This document shows positions 1 to 15,000 of a stretch of 64,000 nucleotides of DNA, one piece after another (within the stretch, counting starts at the first letter, position 1; each line of letters starts with the position of its first letter). The translations under genes and the position numbers were made by a program. The notes beneath the pieces were generated by a model, which worked only from the letters and a program-made list of their open reading frames with translations, was not told the DNA's origin and did not search any database. The stretch is from Eledone cirrhosa (Eukaryota). The stretch lies in contig OZ024740.1 in the NCBI GenBank assembly GCA_964016885.1, positions 332,630,001-332,694,000 on the forward strand, given 5' to 3'.

Positions 1-847
1 ATATAAGGTAAAATTCCGGAGACAATAATTAGACATTGTTTGGTAAAAATATAGGCAACGGCCTGAATGAGAGGAATAATCAATGCGGATTCGGAAGTGT
101 GTCGGGAATCAATTTCCAGAATCTTATATCTGTTTTGTAGTACTCACTGACACTAATTATATTGATAATTGTATACTATCTACAACATGTATGACTTACT
201 GGAATCATACATTCACATGCTCTACACTATTGGGTTATTTTATCTCATAAGTAATTTAGAATGATATATAATGGAATTTTTACCAATCTACATGGCTAAT
301 TGAAAATCGATAAATTTTAATATAAGCGCAGAATGGAATTCAGCGGCACTTTACTATCGTGTTAATTCGGATTGAAATGTATTGAATGATGTCAGTAATT
401 CTCGTTTTAAAGATTCTTAAGAAAACAAACTAAATCTAGGCGATTTTAATGTGATCTAGAGTCCTTTTATTAAGCATGAACTTCAGGTCTCTTAAAATCT
501 ATGTAGTGCGCATCTGTTTCAGACATTTTAATTCAATTCTAGATTAGTTGACTGTTTATTATTAACAATTATTAGAATATTGTACTGGCGCAATATCATG
601 ATTTTGACAACAATAGTGGAGTAAGGAAAAATTGTTTAGCAATGAATGTTATAGGAATGGAAAAATCTGGAACAAATATCAAGCATCATGTAAATTAATA
701 TTTAAGACACACACATAGATATTAACGTGGTACATATTTTGCAGGCAGATTTAATTCAATGGTTGTCATTTGCAAACAAGGAGTAGTTTATAGTCCAGCA
801 TTTGAATATATTGAAAGAAAGGGAGATAAGAAGAGAGCGAGAGAGGG

Positions 848-852
<5 letters not shown>

Positions 853-928
<76 letters not shown>
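853..928. repeat. (GA)n microsatellite
   Basis: Uninterrupted GA dinucleotide run; it explains the ER-repeat ORF 759-1001. Confidence 0.95.
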
Positions 929-932
<4 letters not shown>

Positions 933-1291
933 GTGGGGGAGCTCAACGTAGAATCAAGGTCACGGGATATTTTCGCACTGCTAAAAAATACAGAAAACTA
1001 ATATTATTTAGAAGAAAAGACCCCTAGTGTGCAGATAATATAAACATTGTATTGCAATTTACAATGGTTATTCAAGTAATACAACCGTTGCTTCCAGTTA
1101 TATATATTTTCAATATATATTATATTTCGATGTAATGATAATGAATTGGTGACCTATATGAGACTATCAGTTTACATGTTGAGGATTCTTTGAATGCACT
1201 GGCTGATAAACTCAATTCAATGCAGTTACTGAGAAGAACATAATGGATGTAAGCAGAGAAAATTCTTCCGCAACATATTGTGCATAACATA

Positions 1292-1833
1292 TCTATATAT
1301 ACGAAACTGAGGATGTCTGTCTGTGTGTGTGTGAGTTTGTATCCCTAAAACAAGAGAACCACCCAACCAGCTGTTTTCAAACTTTACACATGTAATACTT
1401 ATGTTTCAGGGAGTGTTCTGAGCAAAAGAATTTCAAATTTTCAATGCCCTAGGGACCGCATTAGGCGATTTAGCGATCTCTCTCTATAATTCTTAGTCTT
1501 TCTCTTTTTAGATAGATACATACATATAACGTCGTGCTCTTATAATATCTGTCTATATGTCTGGCTGTCTGCAATACGTCACTTCCTACAATTCTGTCTG
1601 CTGCCTCCGGTTATTCTGCCACCCTTGCTCAAAACAAATCTCACACTCATTCCCCAAACAGTTGGTAAGTGCACAAAACTTCTTCCTCACGTTTTAAGCT
1701 ACAGTGTTGCTTACTTACGTACCACCAGACCCTTACATATTTGCCAGCCGTGGTTGTGGCAATACTAAACTTACTAAGGCGGTTATATATTTCACAATAC
1801 CTTATCCTGTGCATCGCCGGGTACCAGTGCTAG
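1292..1833 (+). mobile_element. Non-autonomous Helitron-like element
   Basis: Starts TC (TCTATATATACGAAACTGAGGATGTCTGTCTGTGTG) right after an A. Ends CTAG before a T, with an imperfect GC-rich subterminal hairpin (CCTGTGCATCGCCGGG, about 1806-1821) roughly 10 nt upstream. These are the canonical A|TC...CTRR|T Helitron hallmarks. Confidence 0.7.
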
Positions 1834-2267
1834 TTTCTAATAAAAGTAAGCAAAGACAAAAACTATTCGTGACCTTGTGAAGCCATATTTCATATGTTCA
1901 TGTATTCAATAGTGCAAAATTACATGAAATGTCAATGACTCAAAATGACATCTTCATACGTATGTGTGAAATGAGATCTAACAATGATTAAAATGGGGAC
2001 AGTTATTAAAATGGAGACAGTTATGATTCTAAACAACTAAACATGCTTTCATGAATCCTTATTAGTCTATATTATAATTCATACTTGTATATTCAAGCAG
2101 TATTATTTTGACCGAATATCCGGCAAGTTAAGTGACAAACGTATAAGTAATTTCGAAAATAATACATTGCATGAAAAATCCACATGTTGGATATCCGAGG
2201 CATTATTTCTCACTTCCACTCTCTATCTCTTTCTCTTTACCTCTCCTTCTATATCTCTCTCTCTCCA

Positions 2268-2385
<118 letters not shown>

Positions 2386-4334
2386 ATACACAAACATATA
2401 CATACATGCATACAGAGAAGTGAAATAGAGATAAAGCTTTAGTTATTTTAAAGGTTTTGCTGCTTCTCTCTACGTTTTCCTGTTCGATTTGAATGGTCAT
2501 ATTTGCTGTATTACTATTTACAGAGATATAGACAAACAAAATAACTGTCAGACTGTCAGGAAATATAAATATTCAATTTGACAGACAAACAAATATATAG
2601 ATAGATAAGTTAAATTGTTACATATATACATACATAAATGAAGAGAAAAGCATATAAACATTGTAAAATATACATTACAGCAATCATTAAATAGAAAAAG
2701 AAAATAACGATCGATCGTAATGTACAGCTTTTGAGTTCCAATATCAAGTGCTATGAACAGATTTTATTGCAGCTTCAAATATTTACGTCCTTAATAGATT
2801 TTTGAATCCGTTCTGTTAGCTCTAACACAGACACGACAGTCGGAGATCAGTTCAATGCTATAGTGCAATCCATAATTTTTCAATTCCGTCATTACAGTAG
2901 AGCTAAACGATTACATAAAAAAAAAAAAACGTTTTCCATCCATAGCGATGCAGTCTCCTCCTAATATATCGATCACCATATCGATTAGAGTTTTATACTT
3001 CAGTTCACCCTAATAGTGTCGCTACTTGCTTATCAGTCTGTAGACTATTGTTTGAGTTGGAAACCTTACACAGACTCCAGAAATGCCTACAGCCATCCGA
3101 ATTATCGATCCTACCTTTTGTAAGAGCTTTAAATAGTCGTTTTATCAAATTTATATTCTCGACTATCGTTGTGGTTCAGTAAATACGAAAGCCATTTCTC
3201 CTTTGTGCAAAGCAACTTAATAGCTTGCTAGTTAGATAGGTAGACAAATAAATATTAAAATAGATTTCTAGTAGAAGATAAGTGGATAAATGCACTTTGG
3301 GATATAAATATTTTGTATAGAAATAATGATGACTGGCTTCATCAGAAGAAAAGAACTTGAGGCGATTTTGTAATTGAGAAAGTAGGCAGCAAACAAACCT
3401 CATAGACATGTAAATAAAGGTGGGAGAATGTATTATAAACACAAACACACCACACACATACTCAATCACTCACTCACACGCACGCACACACACGTATATT
3501 CATATATTATATAAACCTGCATATATGTATACGCACATACAATACCATACATAGGCTTGTTTTCAGCTTTGTCAATGATCGGAAAGAAGAATTTAAAAGC
3601 CATTAAACTGTGGACGGTAACATTCAATGACATTTTAAATGAATTCTATTACTAAGTTAATAGTGATATTGAAGCTGGAAAATAATTAGGGGCTTTCTGT
3701 TATCACAAATTGATGTAGGTCGGGCGAGATAATTCACAATTATATGCCTAAATACACCAGATGTATAATAGAAGCATTGATTCACCCCCTTCATATAATT
3801 TATGTCAAATTAGTTCTTATATGAACAATTGTACATTACATTTCAGCATGTATCAGGCAGATATTGCAAGTAAACAAAAAAATATTCAGAAACGTTACAT
3901 GTAATAATCGCACATCGTATACGGAAAGAGATTACATTAAACGCGTGTAAGCTCGAATATGTAATGTATTCAGTAATCTTTTTCGCCGTATCACATGAAC
4001 TTTAGGAATGACAATTACGACATTGTTTATTGAAGTTAAGATAATTATATATTAATAATCTGGTTTTAACATATAGACTTGTTTCGTGGTCAACTTGGGA
4101 TGCAACACTGAACCTGTCTGTTCCTGTAACAGAGTCCACAGTGGTAGCAGCAATCCATCAAATTCATTACATACGAGTCAATTTCTACACATACTACCAA
4201 CATGTTCGGAAGGACAAAAGAAGGTGAATCAGACAACCTTCCTTCCACTGTCTTAGACATGAATCATAAACGCAGTAAGAACAAAATTATGCACATTACC
4301 ATAAAGCTATGTTTTCGTAACTTCACGTAAATTC

Positions 4335-4375
4335 ACTTACCTGTAAAAGATGAAAAAATAAACATTATTACAACA
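4335..4375 (-). promoter_or_regulatory. Candidate recursive splice site (3' splice site immediately followed by 5' splice site)
   Basis: Minus strand reads TAATAATGTTTATTTTTTCATCTTTTACAG|GTAAGTGA: polypyrimidine tract plus CAG fused to a consensus GTAAGT donor, junction at 4341/4340. Confidence 0.45.
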
Positions 4376-4648
4376 ATGTCATAATTATTTCCTCAAAATT
4401 ACTACGAAACATATATATATATATATAGGGAAACACAAAGCAGGCTTTGTTTACAAACAGCTAGTGAATTTGAAAATTAGGTAGTAACATGTGCTTACGC
4501 CGTATTTGACTACATCGAAACAATGATGAGTATTGATGTACATTGGACGCAAACCAACATCTTTGGTTTGTCGGAGGAATGTGTTACCATCACACCAACA
4601 TACCACCAATGCATCCTTCCATTCAATTAGAAGCCATGTAATAATAGC

Positions 4649-4789
<141 letters not shown>

Positions 4790-4957
4790 TACAAACGGCT
4801 AGCGAATTTGAAGTTAGGTAGTAACATATGCTTACACCTTATTTGAATACATAGATTTAGTCTGTTAATTTTCGAATTTGCTAGCCGTTTCTTGAAATGT
4901 TTGGTAATGAATAAATTGTATTGTGTTGTTTATTATGTAATTATATGTATGTATGTG

Positions 4958-5030
<73 letters not shown>

Positions 5031-5034
5031 TTGA

Positions 5035-5233
5035 TGTGAGAAAAACCACAAACCTTCCATCTCAATACTACTTTTGAGAAGCAGAACTGCGAAACCGGTA
5101 AAGGAACCAAATAAATATATATTTTAAAACAAAAAACTCCAGTTACATTTTCGATTTCATCTTTTTTCCTTATACTTTCACTCGTGTAGGACACCTGTTT
5201 TTTTTTTATTTTGTAAAAAACCTCACTCTCTAA
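5035..5233 (+). mobile_element. Short Penelope-like terminal-repeat fragment between (TA)n tracts (same family as 27555-27762)
   Basis: Close copy of 27555-27762. Contains a hammerhead-like motif followed by AATAAA. Confidence 0.6.
5069..5105 (+). ncRNA. Minimal hammerhead-ribozyme-like motif, U3-A8 core variant
   Basis: TTGAGAA-GCAG(AA)CTGC-GAAA-CCGG-TA-AAG: core with U3/A8 covariation, stem II, palindromic CCGG loop III and a short stem I (CTT/AAG). Confidence 0.5.
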
Positions 5234-5280
5234 TACATATATATATATATACATATATATACATATATATATATATATAC

Positions 5281-5351
<71 letters not shown>

Positions 5352-5619
5352 GTGTGTGTGTGTGTGTGCTTGTGTGTGTGTGTGTGTCTGGGTGTCTGGG
5401 TGTGTGTTTGTGTGTCCTGTGTGTCTCTGTGTTTGTGTGAAATATATATTACATCGGGAATCAATACAGTACGATGAAAATATATACAATTTAAACTATT
5501 GATACAGTAAGAAAATTGTTTTAATGTTTTGAAAGATAAAATATGAGATGAATGAAGAAATAGTAAAGTAAGAATGATATTTGAATCACATGGGCTATAG
5601 TCAACATATATACATATAT

Positions 5620-5864
<245 letters not shown>

Positions 5865-6484
5865 TTGATTTCTGTTTGTACATATGTGCAATACATTTAA
5901 AATGTCTTGTGATATTCAATTGTAGTTAGAATCAAAATTCTTCTCCCGAGAGTGATGAATGTGTCATTTATTTCACCGTGTTCCATTAAATACGTAACAC
6001 TAATATATACATTCGGAATCACTTCACTACAACTCCCTTCATATAATTTATGATTTTCTAGTAATAGATAAAGTAAAATCGATAATGTTTACCTTAGAAA
6101 ATTAGATTGTAAATTATCTGATTATTTTACTATATGAGTTTTTGTATATGTATCTCCACAATATTTTGATATATGCCATTTGCTTAGAATTAATCAATAA
6201 TTATATTTTAGAAATTATATTTTTAAATTATTTTATATGACTTTATAATAAGATTTCTAAGCCTTCGATAACTCGTAAACAATTTTGCACTAACATATGG
6301 TCGAATACGATTCTTTATTGCGTTACTTTTCTATACGAACTTATAGATATCTAATGTGTGGAATATTAATCCGATCAGATTTGCAGATTACACAACACAA
6401 CAGCAAAATGAACAAGAACAACGCAATAATAATAATATTGTTTAATTAGAAAATAGAGTTTTGAGACGTGAGTGTATAAGGATT

Positions 6485-6859
6485 CTCAGAAAAATGGGAA
6501 AACTCGGCGTATGGAAACTGTTAGAATAACAAAATGCCGTCGAAGTGGCGTTGGGTTAAATATTACCTTGAAGGACAGAGATCAGTGGCTCGGAGTGAGT
6601 TGACTTAAATAAAGGAAGAGAAGATAGGAAGAAGGAGAAAGAATCGATAAAATCGAATAGGTCACAAACATTAAAATATGCTCTTCAGATCTCAACCTCT
6701 TGCAGTTTCGACAAGATAATGAGACAATCACACCTTCGAAACAATTCACACAGAGCCGCTGATCTCTATCCTTCGAGCTAATATTTTACCCAACACCTCT
6801 TCGACAGCGTTTTGCTCTTCTAACAGCTTCCATACGTCGAGTGTTCCCATTTTCCTGAG
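6485..6859. mobile_element. MITE / fold-back element with about 120-bp imperfect terminal inverted repeats
   Basis: 6485-6602 (CTCAGAAAAATGGGAAAACTCGGCGTATGGAAACTGTTAGAA...) is the diverged reverse complement of 6742-6859 (...TTCTAACAGCTTCCATACGTCGAGTGTTCCCATTTTCCTGAG). Non-coding. Confidence 0.75.
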
Positions 6860-7404
6860 TATAATATTCATAACAATAGTAAAAATAATAATACAAACAA
6901 TTGTGTAGCATCGCTTAAACACTCATTGTAGGATTGAGTGATCCAAGCGATCTTGAATACGAATATTGAAGATCTTCACGAGACCAAGCAAGGATCAACG
7001 AGGGACAATTGTAAGAAACATTTATTCTGCTTCTCCCTAAGTCTAATCGGCATACAAACATTTTGGTCTTTTCCTGTCGCATATTTAGTATTTTTATCCT
7101 TATGAGATTGTCATTATAGCTTTCAAGTTTACCTCACACAGTGTGGTATTACTCCTCCTTTCCCATAATTTTATCATCAGCTTAAAACAAAGACATTGCA
7201 GTGGATTTGGAATTCTTTCAATCATTATATTCTTAGTCCAAGACAAAATATCTGGGTACAATCGAAACTGCAAAGTAAGATGCCACTGATGAAATTTGTG
7301 AAAAGTAAACCCCCAGAAACATTCATTTTTTTCTTTAATTTTCTAGTACTATGCGTCATTTCGGCAGCTTGTCGGAGTCACCAGGGCATTGGATTAAAAT
7401 TGCA

Positions 7405-7495
7405 TCAGCGTTCCTGCACATTGCGATGGTAGTTCAAATCCTACTGAAAGCAACTTTGTCTTTCAGCCTTTCCTTGTCCATTAATAAAGTACTAA
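7405..7495 (+). mobile_element. Highly diverged SINE fragment
   Basis: GTTCAAATCC B-box followed by AACTTTGTCTTTCAGCCTTTC...AATAAAGTAC, resembling the window's SINE family. Confidence 0.45.
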
Positions 7496-8877
7496 TTCAG
7501 TACTTCCTCTAGGATAAATTGGATGTCTTCCGATCAGGAAAAGGATTGGGTCAACGATGTTTAATTTCCCCAAGACAACCCTGCAAGAAGGTACCTCTGC
7601 ACATCTCTCCGGGGTATAGGCTATTTAACCAAGAGGAAAAACTTTGCATTAACTGCTGCGCATATGTTCTTTTCCTAGTTGTCTCAGCTTGTGTGATGGG
7701 ACCACTTTGGAATCTTCAATTGCCACAAACCCATTGCTGGCACTCACCAAATCATGTGTGCTGGCTTTGAATTACTGGTGGCAATATTACTATTGTCATC
7801 AACCCCATTTATGATCATGTTTGAGAACCTGACGGCCTTACATACTTAGAGTAAGTATTCCGTCTTGGTTGTGTAATAACACATTCACGTATGACGTTCA
7901 AACTACCCGTGGTCAATTGACATGATATAATCGATGTAATAGAGTAAACGCCTCGCCAAAAATATCTAGAATTTTGCTTTTCAACACATTATTATGAATA
8001 GTATTATCTTCTATATATAACCTAAATGAGGACTATGCATAATTTTATATTTCTCGGTCTTTGATGTACATCGCTACCTGTGTAAACCTTCATACACATT
8101 ATTTTACAATATCCCTTCATCCGATGCGATTTTGGCAAATAAATTAAACGGATATCATCATCATCATTTTAAAATTATATGCTACATAAAAGTCATATTT
8201 TATTTCTGTCTAGATCACATTAGATATTAATGTTTGCAGATATGATGTACTTCATTTTCTTTATTGTTTTAATATTTTATGAAAGATACATATGTCCACA
8301 TATGGTCAACATCGAAATTTTGCATTACATATGGCACCTCTTATTTACGTAAGAAACAAAAACGTTAAAAAATATGAATGAATTAACGCCACGAGGTATG
8401 AATTTCAATGTAAATTAAAGCAAATTGGATAAAAATTAATTCACAAAATATATTCTATGAATCACTACAAGGTGTAAGGATGTCTCTGCCATACATTTTG
8501 CTAACTTGATTGAGAAATACAATATTCGATATTCATACTCCTATATACACATACATCTGGAACACGTAATATATATATATATATATATATATATGCATAT
8601 ATATTCCTTTTTCCATCTTGAATCATGACGTTTCCACTTCTTCACATATCCCAAGATGAAGCAGTGTAAAATCAACACATCGATATCAGCATACACTAGA
8701 TATTGATGCTTCCAAACGACTAGAAACATAAAAGGCCTAACGATATACACGCTACAAAACTTCTCACGTCAGCCAGCATGATAAACACCTACGTTCTTTC
8801 GTCTTTAACCATCTTTCTTTTTCTCTTCCAGCTTTCATTTTCTCTTACAATCGCGAAATTAATGATGTATATATATG

Positions 8878-8931
<54 letters not shown>

Positions 8932-9682
8932 CTGTTTGTGTGTTTGTGCGTGTGCATACTAGCCTGTGTTCATGTTTAGAATATTTATCTCTTTTAGATA
9001 TCCGCATGTAAAAATTAAATTATATACATCTTTATTCAACCCTTCCTGCCAAATATTATTTAGATTTTATATCCTGATATTTCATCACCATATTAGCTCA
9101 CACAGAAAAGGGATAGTAAACATTAAAAGCATTGTGTGACGAAAACAAATCAGTGACAGCGAAAAATATATCGAAAGTTTTATTATTTTATCCTGCATAA
9201 AAGATGAACTTTGATAACTTGACAGATTTAGCTATTTGTAGTCTTCTTATACTTTTCTTGCTATACCCTAACAACATGTTAATGGTTTAAATTTTGCTTG
9301 TACATGTTCTTGCAAAGCTATTTAATTATGGTAATGGAAGTAAAACTCAGTGCAACAACTAGACGGTATAAAACATTCCCTCATATAATGTTATTTTTCA
9401 TTTTCATGCTAATATTGCTCAGTGGATACATACCCTACTAAACCATTACATCACTATCTGCAATATTAGTCGAATGAAACCTACTTTAGATAATCAATGT
9501 AGGATATATTTTTTCGTCATCCCTACATGGATTTTCAGAGAGAAAATCAAATCTCTCTAGCATCAATCATGGGTTCTTTATTGCCAAGAGAATAAAGAAA
9601 CCAAACAGGTCACATGTAAATAAAAACGGGAATACGTATATCGAATTTTAAATAGCAATATACATGCGTAATTTTTTATAAG

Positions 9683-9767
<85 letters not shown>

Positions 9768-10773
9768 CGTATACACACATATGTATATGTATGTTTATAT
9801 GTTTATATGTATTTCAGTGTGCGTATGTTAAAAATGATTTTGCTCACATGCAATATGTCTTACTTTAAATGATTTTTAGCAAAGCAAAATAAGAAAGTTG
9901 ATATTTAAATTCAACGCATGTATAAACAGATATGATACCAAATCAATAACATGATTCAAATTGACAGTCGAAATACGATTCATAGCAATACATATCAATA
10001 TATATGATGTATAAGTATACGTACATATGTAACTATATACAACTGCCTTGAACGCTTCCTTATATATATATAATTATACGTCCATGCTATACACAACTAA
10101 CTGGAACGCTTGCAGATATATACATATATATTTATATATATATGTATGTATATCACTCAAATGGGAGCAGTCGTTATATAGAATGCTTTGTAGTATTTAT
10201 TTTGACTCTGATTTCAAATCCCAGCGAGGTAAGAACGTTTGGAATTATATTAAGGGCGAGGGGGGAACAGGTACAACGCGTGCATAATAGTAACGCTAGT
10301 AAGGAGAACTTAAAGACTTGAAAATGACTACAAAAAGGGAAGAAAAGAACGGGAGGTGTTGTAAGCTGAGGAGACAGAATAAATGTATTATGTGAAGTAA
10401 CGAAAGGAGAATTATGGATTAGCTGTAATGTGTAAAGAGTATGGAAACGGAAAGAGATAAATACAGAGAAAAAAGAAAATGGGTGAGAGACTTAGAGAAA
10501 AGTGAGTGAGAATGAGAAAAGGAGGAGATCATTGCCACAGTGAAAATGCCATGTTACTAGCTAGAACAATACCGTGTCCGTTATCGTAAATAAACATTGG
10601 CAAAAATGTTGCACGAAAAACCGTGAGCGCGGAAAATACGAAAGACAGCTTCGCACGTCAGTTGTCACCTTGGATTGGACCCTGTGTGATTTCACTTTAT
10701 ATATATTAACATACAGACATACATACATTCACAAACAGACGCGTAGACACATACACACGCACACAATTATTAT

Positions 10774-10959
10774 TGGATTGGCAGTATCGGTAGAGGGTCA
10801 GACGCCATGCTTTCCAGCATATTTACGTCCCTTTACGATTTGAGTTCAAATCCCGCCGAGGTTGACTTTGACTTTCATCCTTACGGGGTCGATAAAATAA
10901 AAGTACCAGTAATGCACTAGGTAATTGCTGGCCTTGTGCCTAAAGTAGAAACAATTATT
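10774..10959 (+). mobile_element. tRNA-derived SINE (short subtype)
   Basis: Pol III A-box-like TGGCAGTATCGG and B-box GTTCAAATCC, central TTTCATCCTTACGGGGTCGATAAAATAAAAGTACCAG, 3' GTAGAAACAATTATT. Many copies in the window. Confidence 0.9.
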
Positions 10960-11913
10960 TGTGATTTCAGTTAGAACGCTTAAACTGTGCTATTTAGTTT
11001 AAAATCGCTCCTCACCTGGTTGTGAAGCGACATCTTTAATTTCACCGTCAGGTCTGTCACTATTTTAATTTGAATTTAGGATAATTATTATATGATGTTC
11101 GCAACACATGAAGGGTACTAAATGTTGTTCTCTTGTTTGCAATCGTCAAGATTTTAGAGAATGTTTGATGGTGTTATTTATACCCAAGTTCGGACCTGAT
11201 CTTACTGGAATGTAAACATAATTTAATTTGTAATTCGCCTACTTCATACAGTAACTTGTTGAGTGTGTGATATATAGATTATAAGCATAGTGTAAATATT
11301 ACTTGTCTTAATAGGAAATAGTTAACAATGTTGATTAGAGTTGTTAAGAAACGATCTCTGTAAACACACGACAGCCTAATGCAGCAGAAGGAAGATTTTG
11401 GATAGACTTTTAAAACTGATTTTAATATTTTGCACTTTAATATATGAGATATTTTACAGTTCCATTTGCTTTGGAAATTGTCTAATATGAAACGCACATG
11501 CTATCCAACATGAATAGAATTCACATATTCTCCGCGTTTATCATTTATTGATTCGGTGCACCTGCATTTTTCTGCATTTCACTTTATTTCCAAAGTTAAT
11601 TTCTTTTTCTACTCAAACTGCATGGAGGTTAATCGATTTAAAGTATTCGTTGATTTTACAAGCATTTTCCATTTTAATCAATTTTTTTAAACCGTAAACA
11701 TGGGCATTTTCTCTTTCCATTTAGCTTTTAGCATTTAATTGCTCTTACTGATTGAGTATACGTGAATCAGGATGCTTCGACGCAAAACAAAATGTTAGGA
11801 TATTGAAACCTAAGGCGATACTATAATTTTAGAGAATTTCAAACATCCACGTTACGACGAAAATACGCTCTGAACACTAATCTAAAAAATAAGCACACAT
11901 TCATATTATATAA

Positions 11914-12120
<207 letters not shown>

Positions 12121-12879
12121 GTCTGCCTCTGTGCCCGAGCACGCTTTTAGCCGACAGAGAGAGATAGGCCCATATTATTTGTTAGGGCATAATTCAAGGA
12201 GAGAAACATCTGATGTAAAACCTGCGACCTCATTGCAGCCAATTGTGTTGACCTGGAAGTTTTGGATACCAATCATCCTTGTTCAGAGTTTCGGATAGTT
12301 CCAGTGCAGGGCCTTCACTTAAAAAAGCTGCAGGTTCAGGCTTCACAGGCATAAAATAATTTCACTTATGTGCCTTGTGCATGGAATTATTTTCTTTCGA
12401 ACAACGTATACAGAAATGAATGTGGAACTTTGGAAAGTTTAGAAAGCCATGTATGTGAGAACCATGTATAGCAAAAAGAATGCATGGCAATTTCGAAGCT
12501 GAGATAAAGACATATGAATGTATGCCAAGTGTAAAAGGAAAGACCATAGCAAACAATAAAGTACAATGAAGGAATGTATTAGTTTCACGCTTGAAATGTG
12601 TCTTTACGTTTGAGGCACTAGTCGTTTATCTGAATGTAGAATGAAACATTAAAGATGAAATAGAATTGGATTTACATGCGCAGTAGGGCTGAAAGTGATA
12701 TCATTATTGGTTAGTGTAAGATTAGTCGACTGGAACTTGCAGACGAAATAGTATCACATAACTCGTCTGAAGAGAATCTGCGACATGCCCTTGAGCGGTT
12801 TGATGTAGAATACTCTACGCCAGGAATAAAAATCTGTGCTGTGAAAACTGAGACACTCGCCCTCCCAAGGAAATCTGCG

Positions 12880-13275
12880 GTCGTCAGCAATAGGCAGCTA
12901 AGTGTAAAATCCAAATTCGCTATCTTCAATTCGGTTTTCGTGCCAGCCATTCATTACAAGTGGTCATGAATCTTGGTTAATGACCGAATTAATACGATCT
13001 CAAATACAAGCGTGCGAAATCCGATTCCCCCAACAGACCTTTCGAATAACATTACTCAATAGTCTGCGTAGCCGCGAGATCTAAGTAGTGCCTCTTCATG
13101 ATAACTTGCCACTCAATCTAATTGAAACATCAAAGCTCCGATACTCCGGCCATATGGTAAGAATGTTGCAGGAATGTATCGCTGCACGGACTAGGGTAGA
13201 TTACTTCTGAAATGACCTGGTGGAAGGAGTGTTTGAATTGTCTGCTTCCACGATCCACCCAGTGGGAAAAGAAGC
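12880..13275 (+). mobile_element. Degenerate RTE-clade LINE 3' fragment
   Basis: Conceptual translation LSVKSKFAIFNSVFVPAI(fs)GHESWLMTELIRSQIQACEIRF...LRYSGHMVRM resembles the post-RT C-terminal region of RTE/Expander LINEs. Frameshifted. Confidence 0.6.
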
Positions 13276-13427
13276 ATATATATATATAAGAATTAATATG
13301 AAAACAGCTACTACAGGAGTAGAGTTATATATATATATATATACATATATATATAAGCAAAGAGTTATTTAATAAAATAAATATGGTTTTATAAAGATAG
13401 TTGCCATTTATTAATATTATTGATATA

Positions 13428-13610
13428 GGGCGGTGAATTGGCAGTATCGGTAGAGGGTCGGACGCCATGCTTTGATTCATAGAGTTAAGGCCTTTTCCAA
13501 TCTGAGTTCAAGTCCAGCCGAGGTTAACTTTGCCTTACGGGGTCGATAAAATAAAGTACCAGTAATGCACTGGGTATTTGCTGGCCTTGTGCCAAACGTA
13601 GAAACAATTA
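13428..13610 (+). mobile_element. tRNA-derived SINE with 17-18 bp target-site duplication
   Basis: Full-length family copy flanked by TTAATATTATTGATATA at 13411-13427 and 13608-13624. Confidence 0.92.
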
Positions 13611-13629
13611 ATATTATTGATATATATAT

Positions 13630-14418
13630 ATGGAAAGACACATCCAACACTTCATCAACCGCATGCAGTTCTCTGGCTACAACCAAAGTTTCAGAGTCAG
13701 AGTATACGAAGGAGCCATGGAGAAGTATAAGACCCTCATAGAACTGGACATGAAAGGAATTTGCCCATTATACAGGAGCAAATCATGGAATAGATTAGAT
13801 AGGGCTAGACATAAGATATGGAAAGCCACCTGATGGTACGACAACCAGAGATACCAGAGTGTCATGTTTGTGGACGCTACCCCTGGAGGGAAATTAGCTA
13901 ACCAGTGTAGAAAGGCCCTGAGAAAGACCCACTTAAAGATTAAGGTGGTAGAAAAGCCAGGAACCACCATAAAATCCCTGATCAGCAAAACCTACCCTTT
14001 TAAGAAAATGTACTGTACTAATAGGAAATGTATCATATGTAAGGTAAACCCCCGGATAAACTGTAAAACTAGAAACGTAGTCTATAGCATAAGATGTACA
14101 GAGGGTACTTGCAGAAACATGACAACAACATACATAGGCGAGATAGCTCGTAGCATAGGTGAAAGGATAGACCAACACTGGGGGGAACTAAAAGGACGAA
14201 AAGACGGATCAGTACTATACGAACATGCCAGACAACAACACGACGGTAACATAGATAACATAGAAATTAGAATAATATCTAAACATAGAAATGACCCAGC
14301 TGATAGGCAAATCAGAGAGGCCAGTGAAATAGAACTTAGAAGGCCAAGACTAAACAGAAAGAATGAATGGAATAACAACAACACCCAAACAAACAACACT
14401 GAACTAAGAGAAGTATAA
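13630..14418 (+). pseudogene. Penelope-like RT-thumb/linker/GIY-YIG endonuclease fragment (one internal stop)
   Basis: ORFs 13630-13833 and 13864-14418 are in the same frame. Motifs: FVDATPGG, CTNRKCIIC..NCKTRNVVYSIRC...YIGE..RS..ER..QH, R.IREA..I....P.LN.KNEW. Confidence 0.85.
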
Positions 14419-14694
14419 ATAAATAAATAAATAGATAAATAAATAAATAAATACATACACAAGCACAATAACAACAAACACATATAAACACACACTAGTA
14501 AAGATAGAATACATTAACCGATACACAGTCACCCAATCACGAACACACATCAAACAAAACACTATACACACACGCAGACGCATGCGCAAAGAAGACAAAA
14601 TAAAATAAACAAACAAACAAATAAATAAATAAATATATAGACAGACTAAATAAAAATGGCGTAGACATACAATGTAACGGGAGGAAACAATAGC

Positions 14695-14736
14695 ACCACT
14701 GACGTCGTTGCAGATGTGCAACGAAAGATCTTTGAT
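14695..14736 (+). ncRNA. Degenerate minimal hammerhead motif
   Basis: CA-CTGACGT-C-GTTGCA(GATG)TGCAAC-GAAA-GATC-TT-TG: 6-bp stem II and palindromic loop III. A9 is replaced by T. Confidence 0.5.
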
Positions 14737-14944
14737 AAACTATATATATGTGTTTGTGTCTATATTGTATCTGTATTATTTTTGACCGTCGGTCAGTCAA
14801 TAGCAACATTGAGGACCGAATAAATTAGATTACCGATATAAAAGACACAGAAACGAAAAGCGAAAACCAACCAAACAGTGAGTGTGTTCTGTTATTAATT
14901 CTGGCAATATTACACAAATATGACCCTCCCTCCCAAGTATAACA

Positions 14945-14997
<53 letters not shown>

Positions 14998-15000
<3 letters not shown>

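Larger units (their letters stand above)
13630..14947 (+). mobile_element. 5'-truncated Penelope-like element inserted in (TA)n
   Basis: RT C-terminal remnant, Cys-rich linker and GIY-YIG endonuclease, followed by a 3' region with a degenerate hammerhead. TA repeats on both sides. Confidence 0.85.
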
